Of a DNA stretch of 64,000 bases, positions 27,501 to 39,212 are shown in pieces. The DNA lies in assembly GCA_028023455.1 (NCBI GenBank), contig JAQFVV010000008.1, forward strand, positions 7,998,001 through 8,062,000, written 5' to 3'. The stretch is from Epiperipatus broadwayi (taxonomy: Eukaryota > Animalia > Onychophora). Below the pieces are notes generated by a model. It worked only from the letters and a program-made list of their open reading frames with translations, was not told the origin of the DNA and searched no databases. The position numbers and the translations under genes were made by a program. Position 1 is the first letter of the stretch. The number at the start of each line of letters is the position of its first letter.

Positions 27501-27748
27501 TTTCTATTGATATAAAGCATTATTTATAATAATAATAAAAAACAATTGCAAAATGAAATGATTTAAGTAATTTCCATTTACTTTTATTCCTATAAACAAC
27601 ATGATCACCATTTCTTATGCTTGCTTTTAACTGTTATTAAACAGGCAAAACTCACTATACGTATTGCCACCCACAGCAAGCTAGAGTAATCAATCGACGC
27701 CAGAAGGCTTGTGCATAAAATCCCCATCTAGTGCCTGCTCAGCCAATA

Positions 27749-27790
27749 TCTCCAGACTACTTTTTGGCTTGTAGCCTTCATCAGTGAAGA
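27749..27790 (-). ncRNA. Mutated R1 hammerhead (inverted copy)
   Basis: TCTTCA CTGATGA A GGC tacaa GCC A aAAA gTAG TC TGGAGA, with G12>A and a stem III mismatch. Confidence 0.75.
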
Positions 27791-28023
27791 GCCTTGGATC
27801 TGACAACACTGCACCTAGATCTTAGGATCTAATGCAACTCTCTAGCAGGCACCTTTTATTTCCACTTAACTACAAAACTACGAGTCTTAATAGTTCCAAT
27901 CCAGGCTCATTAGACTTATATAGTCATACAGATCTGAACTCAGTTAAGTGAAGATAAAAGATGGCTGCTAGAGGGTTGCATTAGATCCTAAGATCTAGAC
28001 GCGGTGCTCTCAGATCTAAAGGC

Positions 28024-28065
28024 TCCTCACTGACGAAGGCCACAAGTCAGAAACTAGTCTGGGGA
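28024..28065 (+). ncRNA. Type I minimal hammerhead ribozyme, apparently intact; predicted cleavage after C28059 (GUC)
   Basis: TCCTCA CTGACGA A GGC cacaa GTC A GAAA CTAG TC TGGGGA: 6-bp stem I, full catalytic core, 3-bp stem II and palindromic stem III ACTAGT. Confidence 0.85.
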
Positions 28066-28479
28066 TATTGGATGAGTAGGCATTAGATGGGAATTTTATG
28101 CACAAGCCTTCTGGCATCCATTGATTACTCTAGCTGGCTGTGTGTGGCAATATATATAGTGAGTTTTGCCTGTTTAATAACAGTTAAAAGCAAGCATAAG
28201 AAATGGTGATCGTGTGATGTTTACTGGCTCAAAACCAATCTTGCCTAATAGGATAGTGGTGGCTGTGGTTATTAAAGAACCAAAGACATCAAAATGTATG
28301 GGTACTGAACTGAGTTCATACGTACATGACTATATAAGCTAATGAGCTTGGATTGGAAGTATTAAGATATGTTTTCAATTTAAGACTCATAGTTGTGTAG
28401 TTAAGTGGAGATAAAAAGTAGATGCTAGAGGGTTGCATTAGATCCTAAGATCTAGGTGCAGTGCTCTCAGATCCAAGTC

Positions 28480-28521
28480 TCCTCACTGACGAAGGCCACA
28501 AGCCAGAAACTAGTTTGGGGA
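28480..28521 (+). ncRNA. Type I minimal hammerhead ribozyme, C17>U variant
   Basis: TCCTCA CTGACGA A GGC cacaa GCC A GAAA CTAG TT TGGGGA. The triplet is GUU, which is expected to cleave poorly. Confidence 0.8.
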
Positions 28522-28649
28522 TATTGGATGAGTAGGCACTAAATGGGGATTTTATGCACAAGCCTTCTAGCATCCATTAATTACTCTAGTTTGCTGTGTG
28601 TGGCAATATGTATAGTGAATTTTGCCTGTTTAATTACTTTTATTCCTTT

Positions 28650-30480
28650 TGCTTGATACTATTTTAGTCCACAAAATTATTTCTGTAAAACTGTGATAAA
28701 AGATTTTAAACAGACCCATATCAATATAAATTTTCTTAGTATCACCATGGAATCTAATCATAACTATGCATTTTACTAAACATTTTTAGATTTTGACAAC
28801 AACTGGCTTTTAAGTCATAATGCATCTAAGCTTTAAGTACAGCAAAAATGCTTATAAAATCAAATTCCTTTTCATAATTTACAAATTCCAAAGGAAAATG
28901 GCATCTCATAGTTTTTCAAATTCAGATTGTTCTTTAAAATAGTTTGAATCTAAAATTCTCTGTAAAACATTTGTAATGATCTTTGCAAATATGATAGAAA
29001 AGTTATATATATCTGTAATTTTTTTTTTTTTTTCATCTTTAATTAAATGTAAAAGAATAAATAAAGTAATAAAGAAATTGTTGGCAATGATATAAGTAAA
29101 TGCTTGAATAGTGATGTATTAGAAGATTGGAATATTATTAATAGATCATATTGCATTCTTTCAATTTTTGGAATGTCATTAGCATTCAAGTATTTACTAG
29201 ACATCTTTGCTAGCAATTTCTTTATTTCTTCATCTGATTTTTTTTAATATTTATACAGATTCTGTCATTTCTTAAGTTTTTCGATTCCTCATATATTTTT
29301 CCATTCCACATAATCTATTATGTGTCTCATATCTTCATTTAAAAAACATTCATTATTGTAAGTATACGAGAAGGAAGTGTATTTTTTTTACTATACAGAT
29401 CTTATAGTAATATCTTTAATATAATTTTTTTTTAAATTGATATAATTTTTCTTTATATACAAAGATATCACTTCATACCTTTAAGATTTTTATTGCCTTT
29501 TACAGTCTTCCTTGTCATTTAACAATATATACAAAGATATCAATGTCTTCCTTGTCATTTAACAATAGTTTCTTGTCATCAATAATAGTTTTCTGTACTA
29601 TTTTACAGAATTCCTGATATTCAGTTCTATGCTTCTTTCTTTCCTGCAGACAACTGATTCAGACGTAAGTAAATTTTGCTATTCACTATAGTTGACAACA
29701 TAACTGTTCTTAGCAGTGTATGTGATATTACTTTATCTCATTCAAATCTCAGCCACCTTCAAAATATGTTAATATTTTCAAACAATCTGCAAAGTTTTAG
29801 CATAAATTCATTGGAATATTTCCAAAAATTAGCAATATTAGGTGTTAATACTGTCTTTCCAATATCTTTTGTTTCTCTAGTTTTCTATTAACATATATAT
29901 TACAATTCATTAATCAGTAATTACTTTTCATGTTAAATCTATGAAACACATCATTATCTTGAATTATATATTTTTTATTACTCAAAATAAGTGTCTAATT
30001 ATACTTCACATTCATTTAGATGGCTCCATTAACATTTCTGCTTTGGATTTTTTTTTTTTTTCAGCAAATTCCACAGGTATATTTATGTCCTCCCTCAATC
30101 CTTACCAAAATTGATGCATATTTTCATCTTTCTATTATTTTCCAATTATAGTATGTTAGTTTCTTAAAAAAAAATTTAAATGTTGTTTAATCTAAACAAA
30201 AATATTCTATTTATACCAAAATTATTTCTTCCTCAGACAAGAACTAATTACATTGATTATCTGAATGTGAAATCTTCTATTAATTTGAATAACAAATCTT
30301 GCTAATCTTTCTGATGCATCATTAATCTCTATAATGCTGCTCTTCCTCTTTTTATATATAATAAATCTCTCTCCTTCTGTGCATTCAATATAATAAAGAA
30401 TATGTTCTCGTTTCAATTTTTTTTTTTTCTTTCAATTTTATAAAATTTAACAACCTTTCATTTAATATTAGACAGTTCTT
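28650..30480 (-). mobile_element. Decayed LINE fragments (RT and RTE-like linker)
   Basis: Antisense fragments such as RKKHRTEYQEFCKIVQKTII, plus DF.KAFD-like remnants near 28830-28860. Probably more than one insertion. Confidence 0.5.
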
Positions 30481-31277
30481 CCAATAATTGAAAACTCCTA
30501 ATTTCTGAAAGTCATCTATCATTGTAGGTGATCAAATAATACCTAGATCCATAATCGCATAATCCTTATCACTCTTTGATTTCAATCATTAAGTGTTGCT
30601 TTGGCTAATGATTTTATATCTTCCAGGAATCCAAAGTGTAATCCTAAAAATAAAAGAAGCATTCCCATACATTGAGAATTCATCTATATTCTGCTCTAAA
30701 AAAAAAACCCAACCAATGATTGAATTAATCTGACTGATGAATGTTGATTAACTCATTGAAGTGAACAATTATTTAGTAATAAACAGCAGCAATGATGAGA
30801 ATATATTAATAGATATTAAAAATTGACCTATTCAGATCTTAAAGGCAAATCAAAAAATCTTTTTATAACTAATAGCATATATGCATATATGTAACTGAAT
30901 AAATCCAAATAAAATTTTGTTTGATTATAATTTTATATAGAATTAAAATATGGCTTTACAGAAATACATTAAAATATACATATGGAAATATGCATCATTT
31001 TCAATGATTATCAATCCACTGCAAAATACAAATTTCTCAAATTTAATTCTTTTTTTCAGATTCTTAGTTTTTCTTTTCATATCACTCTGGCAAATAGTCT
31101 ATTTCTAGATCTCTTACAATCATGTAGAATCCTATTTAAGATTTCAATTATCCACCTATTATTTCTTTTAGCCAGTTCTATGTCATCCTTATAAAACTAT
31201 GCATTTTTTAATATTTTAATATATAAAACTATGTATTATAAAAATTTTTATAAGTTTGTTACAAAATTATATTTAAT

Positions 31278-31941
31278 TAGAGGGGATTTGAACCCAGACT
31301 TTCAAGCTCCCTTTAGTCATCTACTCCATCCTATACAATCAATACTCATAACCACATACATATAAAAAGATAAATAATATTCAATGTATGTATTTCGTGC
31401 TGAAACAGCATTTATTAGTTGAACCGGATTATCTCCCATATATATATAATCAGTGCTTAGTTTATATTAAGATAGCAAATCTTCAAACTTTAAAAGACAG
31501 GCTTCAATCATATCCACACTCCAACTCTTCAGCCATCCATATCATTAAAAATCTGATGGTGGCATGTTCAAAGCCCTTATTTTGCCAATTTTGTTGTCAT
31601 ACCCATATATCATTCTGACCCCTCATAATGGCTTTGAACATACCATCATTGGATTTTTAATGATATGGATAGTTGAAGAATTGGAGAATGGAGAGGATTG
31701 GAGGTTGTCCAATCTTAATATAAACTGAGTACTCATTATTTATATATATGGGAGATGATGATCCGGACTAACTGATAAGTGCTGGCTCAGCACGAAATAT
31801 GTATATTGAAGATCATTTATCATTTTCACATGTATGTGATCATGTGTATCTGTTGTATAGGATGGAGCAGATGACTAATGGGAGCTTGAAAATCTGGGTT
31901 CAAATCCTCTCTAATTACATCGTTTAAAATACTTGTATTTA
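31278..31941. mobile_element. R2-related foldback element with a hammerhead remnant in each arm
   Basis: Imperfect inverted arms of about 300 bp (31274-31578 and 31630-31917). Right-arm HHR: ctaa CTGATAA GTGCTG gct CAGCAC GAAA tatgta ta ttgaa (31768-31810), mirrored at 31380-31423. Extra tail 31918-31941. 15-bp direct repeat AAAATTATATTTAAT at 31263-31277 and 31942-31956. Confidence 0.85.
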
Positions 31942-34900
31942 AAAATTATATTTAATAAAAAAAATTAAATATATTATCATTATAATATGAACAAAAGTAT
32001 AAATCAGTCAAATGTAGAAGATGAATAAAAAAATGTAAGATTCCATTTTTAAAACAATACAATCCTATATTTAATATAAAAAAAATTAATTACAATAATA
32101 AAGACAATATTTGAAAGTACAAAAAAAGATCAATATTTGTTTTAATGATTTTAAAAAGACTTTTATTAATCAGTAAAGTGTAGAAGAAAGGCAAGTATTA
32201 GCAAATTTGCAAAGGAATCAAAAAATATTTATAAAATAGAAAGTCATCACTTAGAAAAAATAAATAAATAGGAAATATATAATAGAAACTAGAAATGTGA
32301 AAAGAAGAAAATATAACTTGGAAGAATATAAATATCTGAAAAGAATCAGAAAATATATATAGTAAAAAAGGAACTAGAGTTAAAAGAACTTAAAATTTAG
32401 GGAAATTATCAAGAATGTGTTATGAAGTGAGAGAGAGAAAAGCAAGAAGTTTATACATGATCTTAAAATATATATATATAAACTTTTGAAGGCTACAGCA
32501 AAGCAGAGAACTAACTGAAATCATTTGGGATATTTAAATGAAATTTGTCTTTTGACAGATGAGTGATGAGCTAAATTTTAGTTTTAAAAAATTATTTTAA
32601 TGCTTCCATTATCTTTAATTATAAAATAACCATAAGTTTATTATTATTATAATAATATGCAATATACATCAGTTAATTCTTTTCTATTCTAGATAATAAA
32701 ATGTAAGTAATAAATAGCAAATGATAATATGACCCAGGTATCTAAATTGCTTTTGATTATTTGGCTTTTTTTTTACTTGATCATGTTTTACCCTTTTCCT
32801 GCTATTCAAATTAATGTTTTGACACACAAACCAACCTGGCCTATAACTATATAAGATTTAATACCAAGAAACTGTATGTATTAGTTACCTCAGTTATAAG
32901 CAAACTTTAGGCAAAATTAACTTTTTGAGAAAATGATGGAATATATCAAAATATTTTACACCTATAGACTAGAAAAAAAATTTTATTCTGCCAAAACTAA
33001 GATTAAAGTTCAAAATATTAAACTCTTAATAATGATCTACTTGTAATATCACCATTAATATTCCAGTTTGTCATCAAAATATTAAAATCAAATACTGTAG
33101 TATAGCATATGTTCAAACTACGTTTTTTGTTTTTTTTTAATATACTAATAAAGTTTTTGTTTTTAAATAAAATGTGTATTCATTATATTTTTATTTATAA
33201 TATATTTAAGCAGTAATATTTTTTCTTGTGTTTTAATTAGAAATGTTTTGTGTTCTTGACTATACAATTTTTGCAATGAGTTTGATGCAGAACTATATTA
33301 CTTCATCAAATAATTCTAGCTAATATACAAAGAACGTTAGAGTATTATATTATACATTGTGTATGTGATCCTCTACACTACCATGACCAGACCAGTCACA
33401 ACTATAACTAACTAGACCAATCATACACTACAATGAGCATAGTGAGATACATTATTAGCTTAAAGCCTATTGCTGATAACGTTAACTCCACAAAGCAATA
33501 TTTTCTGTCCATCCTATGGATATAAACTATGCCACCTAAAATTATTAGAAAATGTATTAGTTCTGGCTTGTAATAATATTATATACCCAGAATGGTGCCA
33601 ATAGCAAACCAGTTTTAAACTTATACCCTTTGATCCTGTTAGCTCTGGATCATTGGGGCTCATGAAACTTAGTGGTAATGTTGCACAACTTAGCTAATTT
33701 GATGAAATGCATAAATGAAAACGAATAAGGAAAAACAGATATAATAACAATTTTATTCCAATAATAAAATGCAAGTGATCTTTACATCCTCTCAAACAAT
33801 TGCTATTACTGATCCTGAAAGGCATCTGCATCACTAGGTAGCCATAATATTACATTAAAACTTTCTTTTAAATTATTTTATTATTCAGATGCCACTTCAA
33901 GGTTGAAATTATATACATGAAAAAAAATAACAATCATATTTAAAAATAAAAAAAATTGATAATGCAAACATATTTTTAAAAAAATTAGTAAATATAAATA
34001 CACACCTTATTCTATATCATAATAGTAATATTTAGAATAGGTAAATTAATAACTAGAAAAACTGACATTAGTTAATAATTAACTGAGAGAAAGAAAAAAA
34101 AAATATTTATATTTGTTTATAAGCAGAATGACACAATAAATAATTACTCTTACTTTACAGCCCTTGCATTTTATCCTTTTATACTTTGAATCTTATCCTT
34201 TGCTGAAAAAAAATGCCATTACACAAACAAAAAAAATAATATTTTGGTCCAGTAAATAGTCCTTGAGAAGACTTTATTTTTTGCTTCCTATCCATTCTCG
34301 GAGTTTCAAGCTGAAATAAAAATGTTCAATAATAGGTAGTTGAAGTATCTTTATTATTTGTTCCCAAAGTTTAAAATAAGTTCTTAATTCACTAGTTACT
34401 TCTATGGAGTTTGTAATCAATTTTTATCCATGTAGTTCTAGAAAAATTATGGATTCTGCAAAGTTTAATAAAATGGGTCAATTCTTCCATGACTGATTTA
34501 TAGTTTCACATTAGTTTGGCTGATCTTTAATCTTCTTTCTTCTTCTCTTGGTAAGCACACTTAAGTATTTATGTACGATAAAACTGAAATGAAGCAATTA
34601 AGTTTTTTTTTCTTTTGTGCTAGGTTATGCAGGCTAAACATTTCACTTTCTTTTCTGTGGAGCGCCATGCAGTCGGGGATGAACCGATAAAGTATTCTCA
34701 ACAAGCCATTTTTTTTAGATTTAGCTTATATAATATGAATCCATTGCATATTTAAATTATAAATACTCTTTTTGACTTTAGCATGTATATATGCAGTCCG
34801 ATGATTTTCGCAATAAAAAAAATCTGCCAAATAATGAACTTAATTATCTCAATCTACGCTCTATATACATTTCTTAGTTAAAAATTCTATCGCAGATTTG

Positions 34901-37514
34901 ATAATCTAAAGAACTGTTTCTTTCCCCCACTCCCTTTCCAAAACTAATTTTTACAATCAATTAGCAAGCTTTTTTTTGTATAGAAATCTGTTTGAAAGAA
35001 AATACAAATAAATCTACATGCACAGCATCAGAATAAAATGTTTATTTACTATTAGAGTTTCATAATTTAATCTTTTATTTATCAAGATTTTGGAATAAAA
35101 TGATGTCAATCATCATATTTGCCATTTATTTTTAATACTTGATTAAGTACATATAACTACATTATAGAGAGAAGGAAAAACAAATACAATTATTCATTTA
35201 CACAAGTATTTTTTTTTTAATATTTCAACCAAAATAGAACCAAATAATAATCCAAAAATTTTTCATATCTGATCAAATAAAAAATTCTTTTAAGTGAACT
35301 GTCTATGCATTTGTAATATAATATATATTAATATAAGTAAAGATTATTATTTTACTATGTAAATACATGCAGAGTACATGCATAAATTATCTCATTATTA
35401 TTATTATGCTACTCAAGAAAATCTGCGTATGCCAATCATATCTCTTATGCCAATGAAGCACAATTATGTTTAAATGGACACTTGTATAAAAACTTCCACT
35501 AGGATTTTATGAAGTGTTAAGTATGCAATGAAGGTGAAATGAAATATAATGAATTGTGAGGAAGCATAATAATTGTGAAAATGATTCGCATATTATAGTG
35601 GCACCTGATTGTCTACATAATGATATAGTTTATAAATGATTTCTGTTTTCAACATATAAATATATATTACAGTCATATTCAAATGGATTCCTGAAAAATT
35701 TATTTCAATTAAGATACTCTGCAATAGAGTATATGTATCTATTGAGCAATTGTAGAAATTGACACACACAAGCAAAAGCTTATTAATAGAGATTTCTAAT
35801 TGTTTTTTATTCTTTATTCTTATCATATTTTGCTATTGATATTAAATATATTTATTTTCGTTGCATTTATTTAAAAGTTATCAATGCTGTCTGACATGTA
35901 GTAAGTTAATATTTTTTTATACAGGGTTAGCCAATCAATTGCTGATTTATTGTAACAAGTATCTTAGTTATTTTCTACCAAAAAAAAAAAACTATTTTCA
36001 TATTAAGACTTTAAAAAACTTTTAAATAAAATTTTTGCCTACTTTATATAATGAGAGAGTTAAAATATTTTTTTTTTATTGACATTTAATTCATCAGTCA
36101 TCAGACAAAAAAAAATTTTTGCCTAAATATCCCAGACTACTTTCTTCAATTAGTTCTATTTTCTGCTATTTTTTTTTTCTTTAAGATTATGTATGAATTT
36201 CTTGCTTTTTCTATTTCTCAATTGTCACAATTCCAACACAATCTTCATACTCTCCTCAACTTTTAAATTGCTTAGCTCTGGCTCTTTTTTTAATCCTTTT
36301 TTTTTTTCTTATTCTGTTCAACATATTTATATTCTTCCAGGCTATACTTTCTTCTCCATATTAACATTTCTAGTCTCTATCATTTGTTTTCTATTTAATT
36401 ATTTTTTTCTGAATGATTATCATTTAATTCATAAAATTGCAACTGGAAATTAACTACATCACTATTCAAAATTTTTATTTAAAATACTTTTGTAAAGGTT
36501 TGATAAAATAATTAAAGTTTTTTTTTTTTTTTGGGAAGAAAATAACTTACATATTTATTACAATAGATCAGTAATAAATTAATTAAGTTCTTTATAAAAA
36601 AAAATATTAATCTCTAAGCATTTTTTATTTTATCAAATATGAAAATAAATTTTAATGTCTAATTTTTTAAAGATATCATTTACTGTATAGTTGAAATATT
36701 AAAAAAACAGTTCTGTAGACAAGTAATTCTAATTTGTTTTTTGTTTTTATATAGCTCCTTTAATTTATTTTTTGTTTCCATATATGCAGAGAAAGTAAAA
36801 AAATAAACAGATCTGATATCAAATATTTTAAAATATTTTGATAATGTTTGACTACAATCGAATATCAAATTTTTAAAAAAAGATTTTACATTTATTTGAT
36901 AAGAATTTTTTTTAAATAATAAAGTACTTAAGTATTAGTCTGGACATCAAGATTGATTACAGATAATTCTGAATATAAATTATTAATCAATGAATAAATA
37001 ATTCAAATTTTTAATTGTTTAATTTGTTTCTACAAATTATAAATGACTTTTTAAGAAAAATTCTAACAAATCAGCAAGAATGTGTTTCTATTACAATACT
37101 AAATAAAAACAGGGGTTTGTGACTTGTGAGTTTTTTTACTTTATGCAGTCAAAGGCCTTCATAAATACCCAATAAGTGTAATTCCAAAACTTCAAATCTA
37201 AAAAAAAAGCACATCTTATTTCCAATGATGGAGATATATTTATTCATTATGGAAAAAGGAAAAATATGAAAAAGAACCCTGAAACGTTTTTATAATTTGT
37301 GGAAACAAATTAAACAATTTAAAATTTGAATCATTTATTTTATTGATTAATAATTTATATCCAGAATTATCCGGAATCAATCTTGGAGTCTAATTAAGAA
37401 GAAATCCTTTGTGATAAATGAATAAAAGCTGTCCGCTTAGAGATCTATGGGTGCTCTTCCCCCCAAATTTTCAATATTATAAACTATTTTACATTTTAAG
37501 AACTAATATTTTAA

Positions 37515-37685
37515 ACTACTAAACATCATATGATCATTATCTCATACTAGCACATAATTGTTATTAAATAATTCAAAACAATGCAAAACTCTCCATATAG
37601 CAAGCCTTCTGGCATCCATTGATTGCTCTTGTTAGCACAAGATGGCACTACTATATGGAGAGTTTTGCTTTGTTTTGAATTGTTT
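37515..37685. mobile_element. R1 copy C (short, HHR-less inverted plus direct copy)
   Basis: Inverted 3' end at 37515-37600 joined to caagccttctggcatccattgatt... Exact 14-bp TSD AACTAATATTTTAA at 37501-37514 and 37686-37699. Confidence 0.85.
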
Positions 37686-37775
37686 AACTAATATTTTAAT
37701 AGATGAAATTCGATCGATGCTTTTTTTTTTCGGATATGAGAAAAAAATTATTTTAATTGTACTTTAATATTAAAC

Positions 37776-37850
37776 CTGCGGTGAAATATCACAGTCGTCA
37801 GGGTTAGGGTAAGGTTTAAGGTTAGAGTTAAGGTAGAGTTTCATCACAGC
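37776..37850. repeat. Short GGGTTA-like array bracketed by an imperfect inverted repeat (Helentron/DINE-like remnant?)
   Basis: ctgcggtgaaa ... gggttagggtaaggtttaaggttagagttaagg ... tttcatcacag. Confidence 0.45.
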
Positions 37851-38598
37851 AAGTCTAAAATAAAGTATCAATTAATTATTTTCGACTAATAAATTTACTT
37901 TTCTTTAGATTTTACAGAAATTCAAACATTTTCCTAAGAATTGTACTTAGAGGATTAAATTAAATTAATTGCACAATTAAATAGCGATTAAAACTTAATC
38001 CAAACAAATGATAATCAGTATCGATTTAGAAATATTTTTAAAATGACTAAAAGATTATTCTATGATGCATTTCACCATTTAATATTTTTAAATTTTGTAT
38101 TTCCTTAATATATAAGCAAAAATAAATAAATAAATGAGTGCTTAAATTAAAACCGTTAACATGAAATAATAAAATATAAATAAATAGACGATGATGTTTA
38201 TTTCTGCATTTGTAAGTTACTCAGAATGTTACAGGCTAATTTTATATTATAATAACGAGGATAATTTAAAAATATTAACATAATCTACAGTGAGAATTTA
38301 ATATACACTAAACGTGCTCAAGTTATATCATATCTTTCCTAGATTTTTTTTTTTTTTAAGAAAAGAGGAATTATTAAACGACTATACAAAACAAACTTTG
38401 TTTTGACTTTTAAAAACACACACACACACAATGCATGCATTAATATAGTAATACTTGGTGGTAATTAAAACAAATTATTCTTAATTTCGTGTTATGCTGA
38501 AAATAATTTCATTAAACTGTATAGCCTCAAATTAAAAATATCATTACAAAAATAAACAATAAAAAGATTTATACAATAACAAGATAAAGGAAACTCAC

Positions 38599-38614
38599 GA
38601 TGTATGGCCGCCAT
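38599..38614 (-). CDS. BRD8: BRD8 (bromodomain-containing protein 8) coding exon 1, MAAIH + phase-1 C
   Basis: Minus strand reads aaatATGGCGGCCATACATC|GTGAGT, a canonical donor. Its phase-1 end joins exon 9286-9376 in frame (C|GA = Arg), giving MAAIHRLKKQGPLDIWSVRERLCLASSVMRSGDQNW. A very short phase-1 first exon also fits my recollection of vertebrate BRD8 structure. Confidence 0.8.
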
Positions 38615-38968
38615 ATTTACTTTTTCCCAGAATTCTTTAATTTGAAAACATTGTAAAATATTTATAAGTAAATTATAATTCTAAAACCTTTATTAAAATA
38701 ATATATTTGGCAAAAAAAGTATTTCACGAAATTTATAATTAATAAAATATTTATTTTTTGAAATTAATAATCATAAAAACCAATATAAAAATGTATAAAT
38801 TTTGATTGGTTAACTGGATTATTAGCATAATAAATTTGCGCCACTAAAAAAACGCCGATATTCTAATTATATTCCGTGAATACAGGTGTTTTCTGAAACC
38901 TGTTTAGAAACACTATATCTTATACTGAAATTTTTTTGGGGGGTTACCAAGGTATTCCCTTGGTCAAA
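38615..38968. promoter_or_regulatory. Putative bidirectional promoter BRD8/clarin
   Basis: 354 bp between divergent ATGs. Contains CCAAT at 38780-38784, reverse CCAAT at 38805-38809, an E2F-like TTTGCGCC at 38835-38842 and retained CpGs. A YY1-type AANATGGCGGC overlaps the BRD8 start codon. Confidence 0.6.
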
Positions 38969-39212
38969 ATGGATAGAACAAAGAAAGTATTTATATCTTT
39001 CACATTTATATTATGTTGCTTAGCTGTATCACTATTGGCAGCTGCTTTAGGAACTGATTATTGGGTCATTTCTAACCCAGTTCGTAATAATAGTAAACCT
39101 CAAAATGTTTCTATTGCGGATTCATCAGGAAAAGTAAACTTTGGACTTTTTCATGGTTCTAAAATACTTAATTATGGTCTAGGAGAAGAAGGCCGAAAAA
39201 TTGATTTGTGGA
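38969..39212 (+). CDS. CLRN: Clarin-family tetraspan protein, coding exon 1
   Basis: MDRTKKVFISFTFILCCLAVSLLAAALGTDYWV...GKVNFGLFHGSKILNYGLG: TM1 followed by the GT-x-x-W and GLFHG...GLG clarin motifs. Ends TGG A|GTAAGT (phase 1). The paralog is not assignable and downstream exons were not securely found. Confidence 0.88.

Larger units (their letters stand above)
27592..28633. mobile_element. R1 HHR retroelement, copy B: inverted copy (27592-27945) plus 1.5 direct tandem monomers (period 456-457 bp)
   Basis: Three HHR motifs (27749-27790 minus, 28024-28065 plus, 28480-28521 plus). Exact 14-bp TSD TTACTTTTATTCCT at 27578-27591 and 28634-28647. No ORF. Confidence 0.92.

Noticed and set aside
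27592-28633. R1 repeats read as a CRISPR array or LTR pair
   Set aside because: Eukaryotic context, no short repeat-spacer periodicity, no TG...CA termini or PBS/PPT.
29650-29664. Apparent 15-nt microexon (tttcctgcAG|acaactgattcagac|GTAAGT) on the plus strand
   Set aside because: It lies at the edge of an antisense LINE that supplies the pyrimidine tract, is antisense to BRD8 and is upstream of the clarin start, so it has no host gene.
34620-34715. CpG-containing island tested as an HDV-like ribozyme and as an exon
   Set aside because: No P1 pairing could be formed, and no convincing frame was found on either strand.
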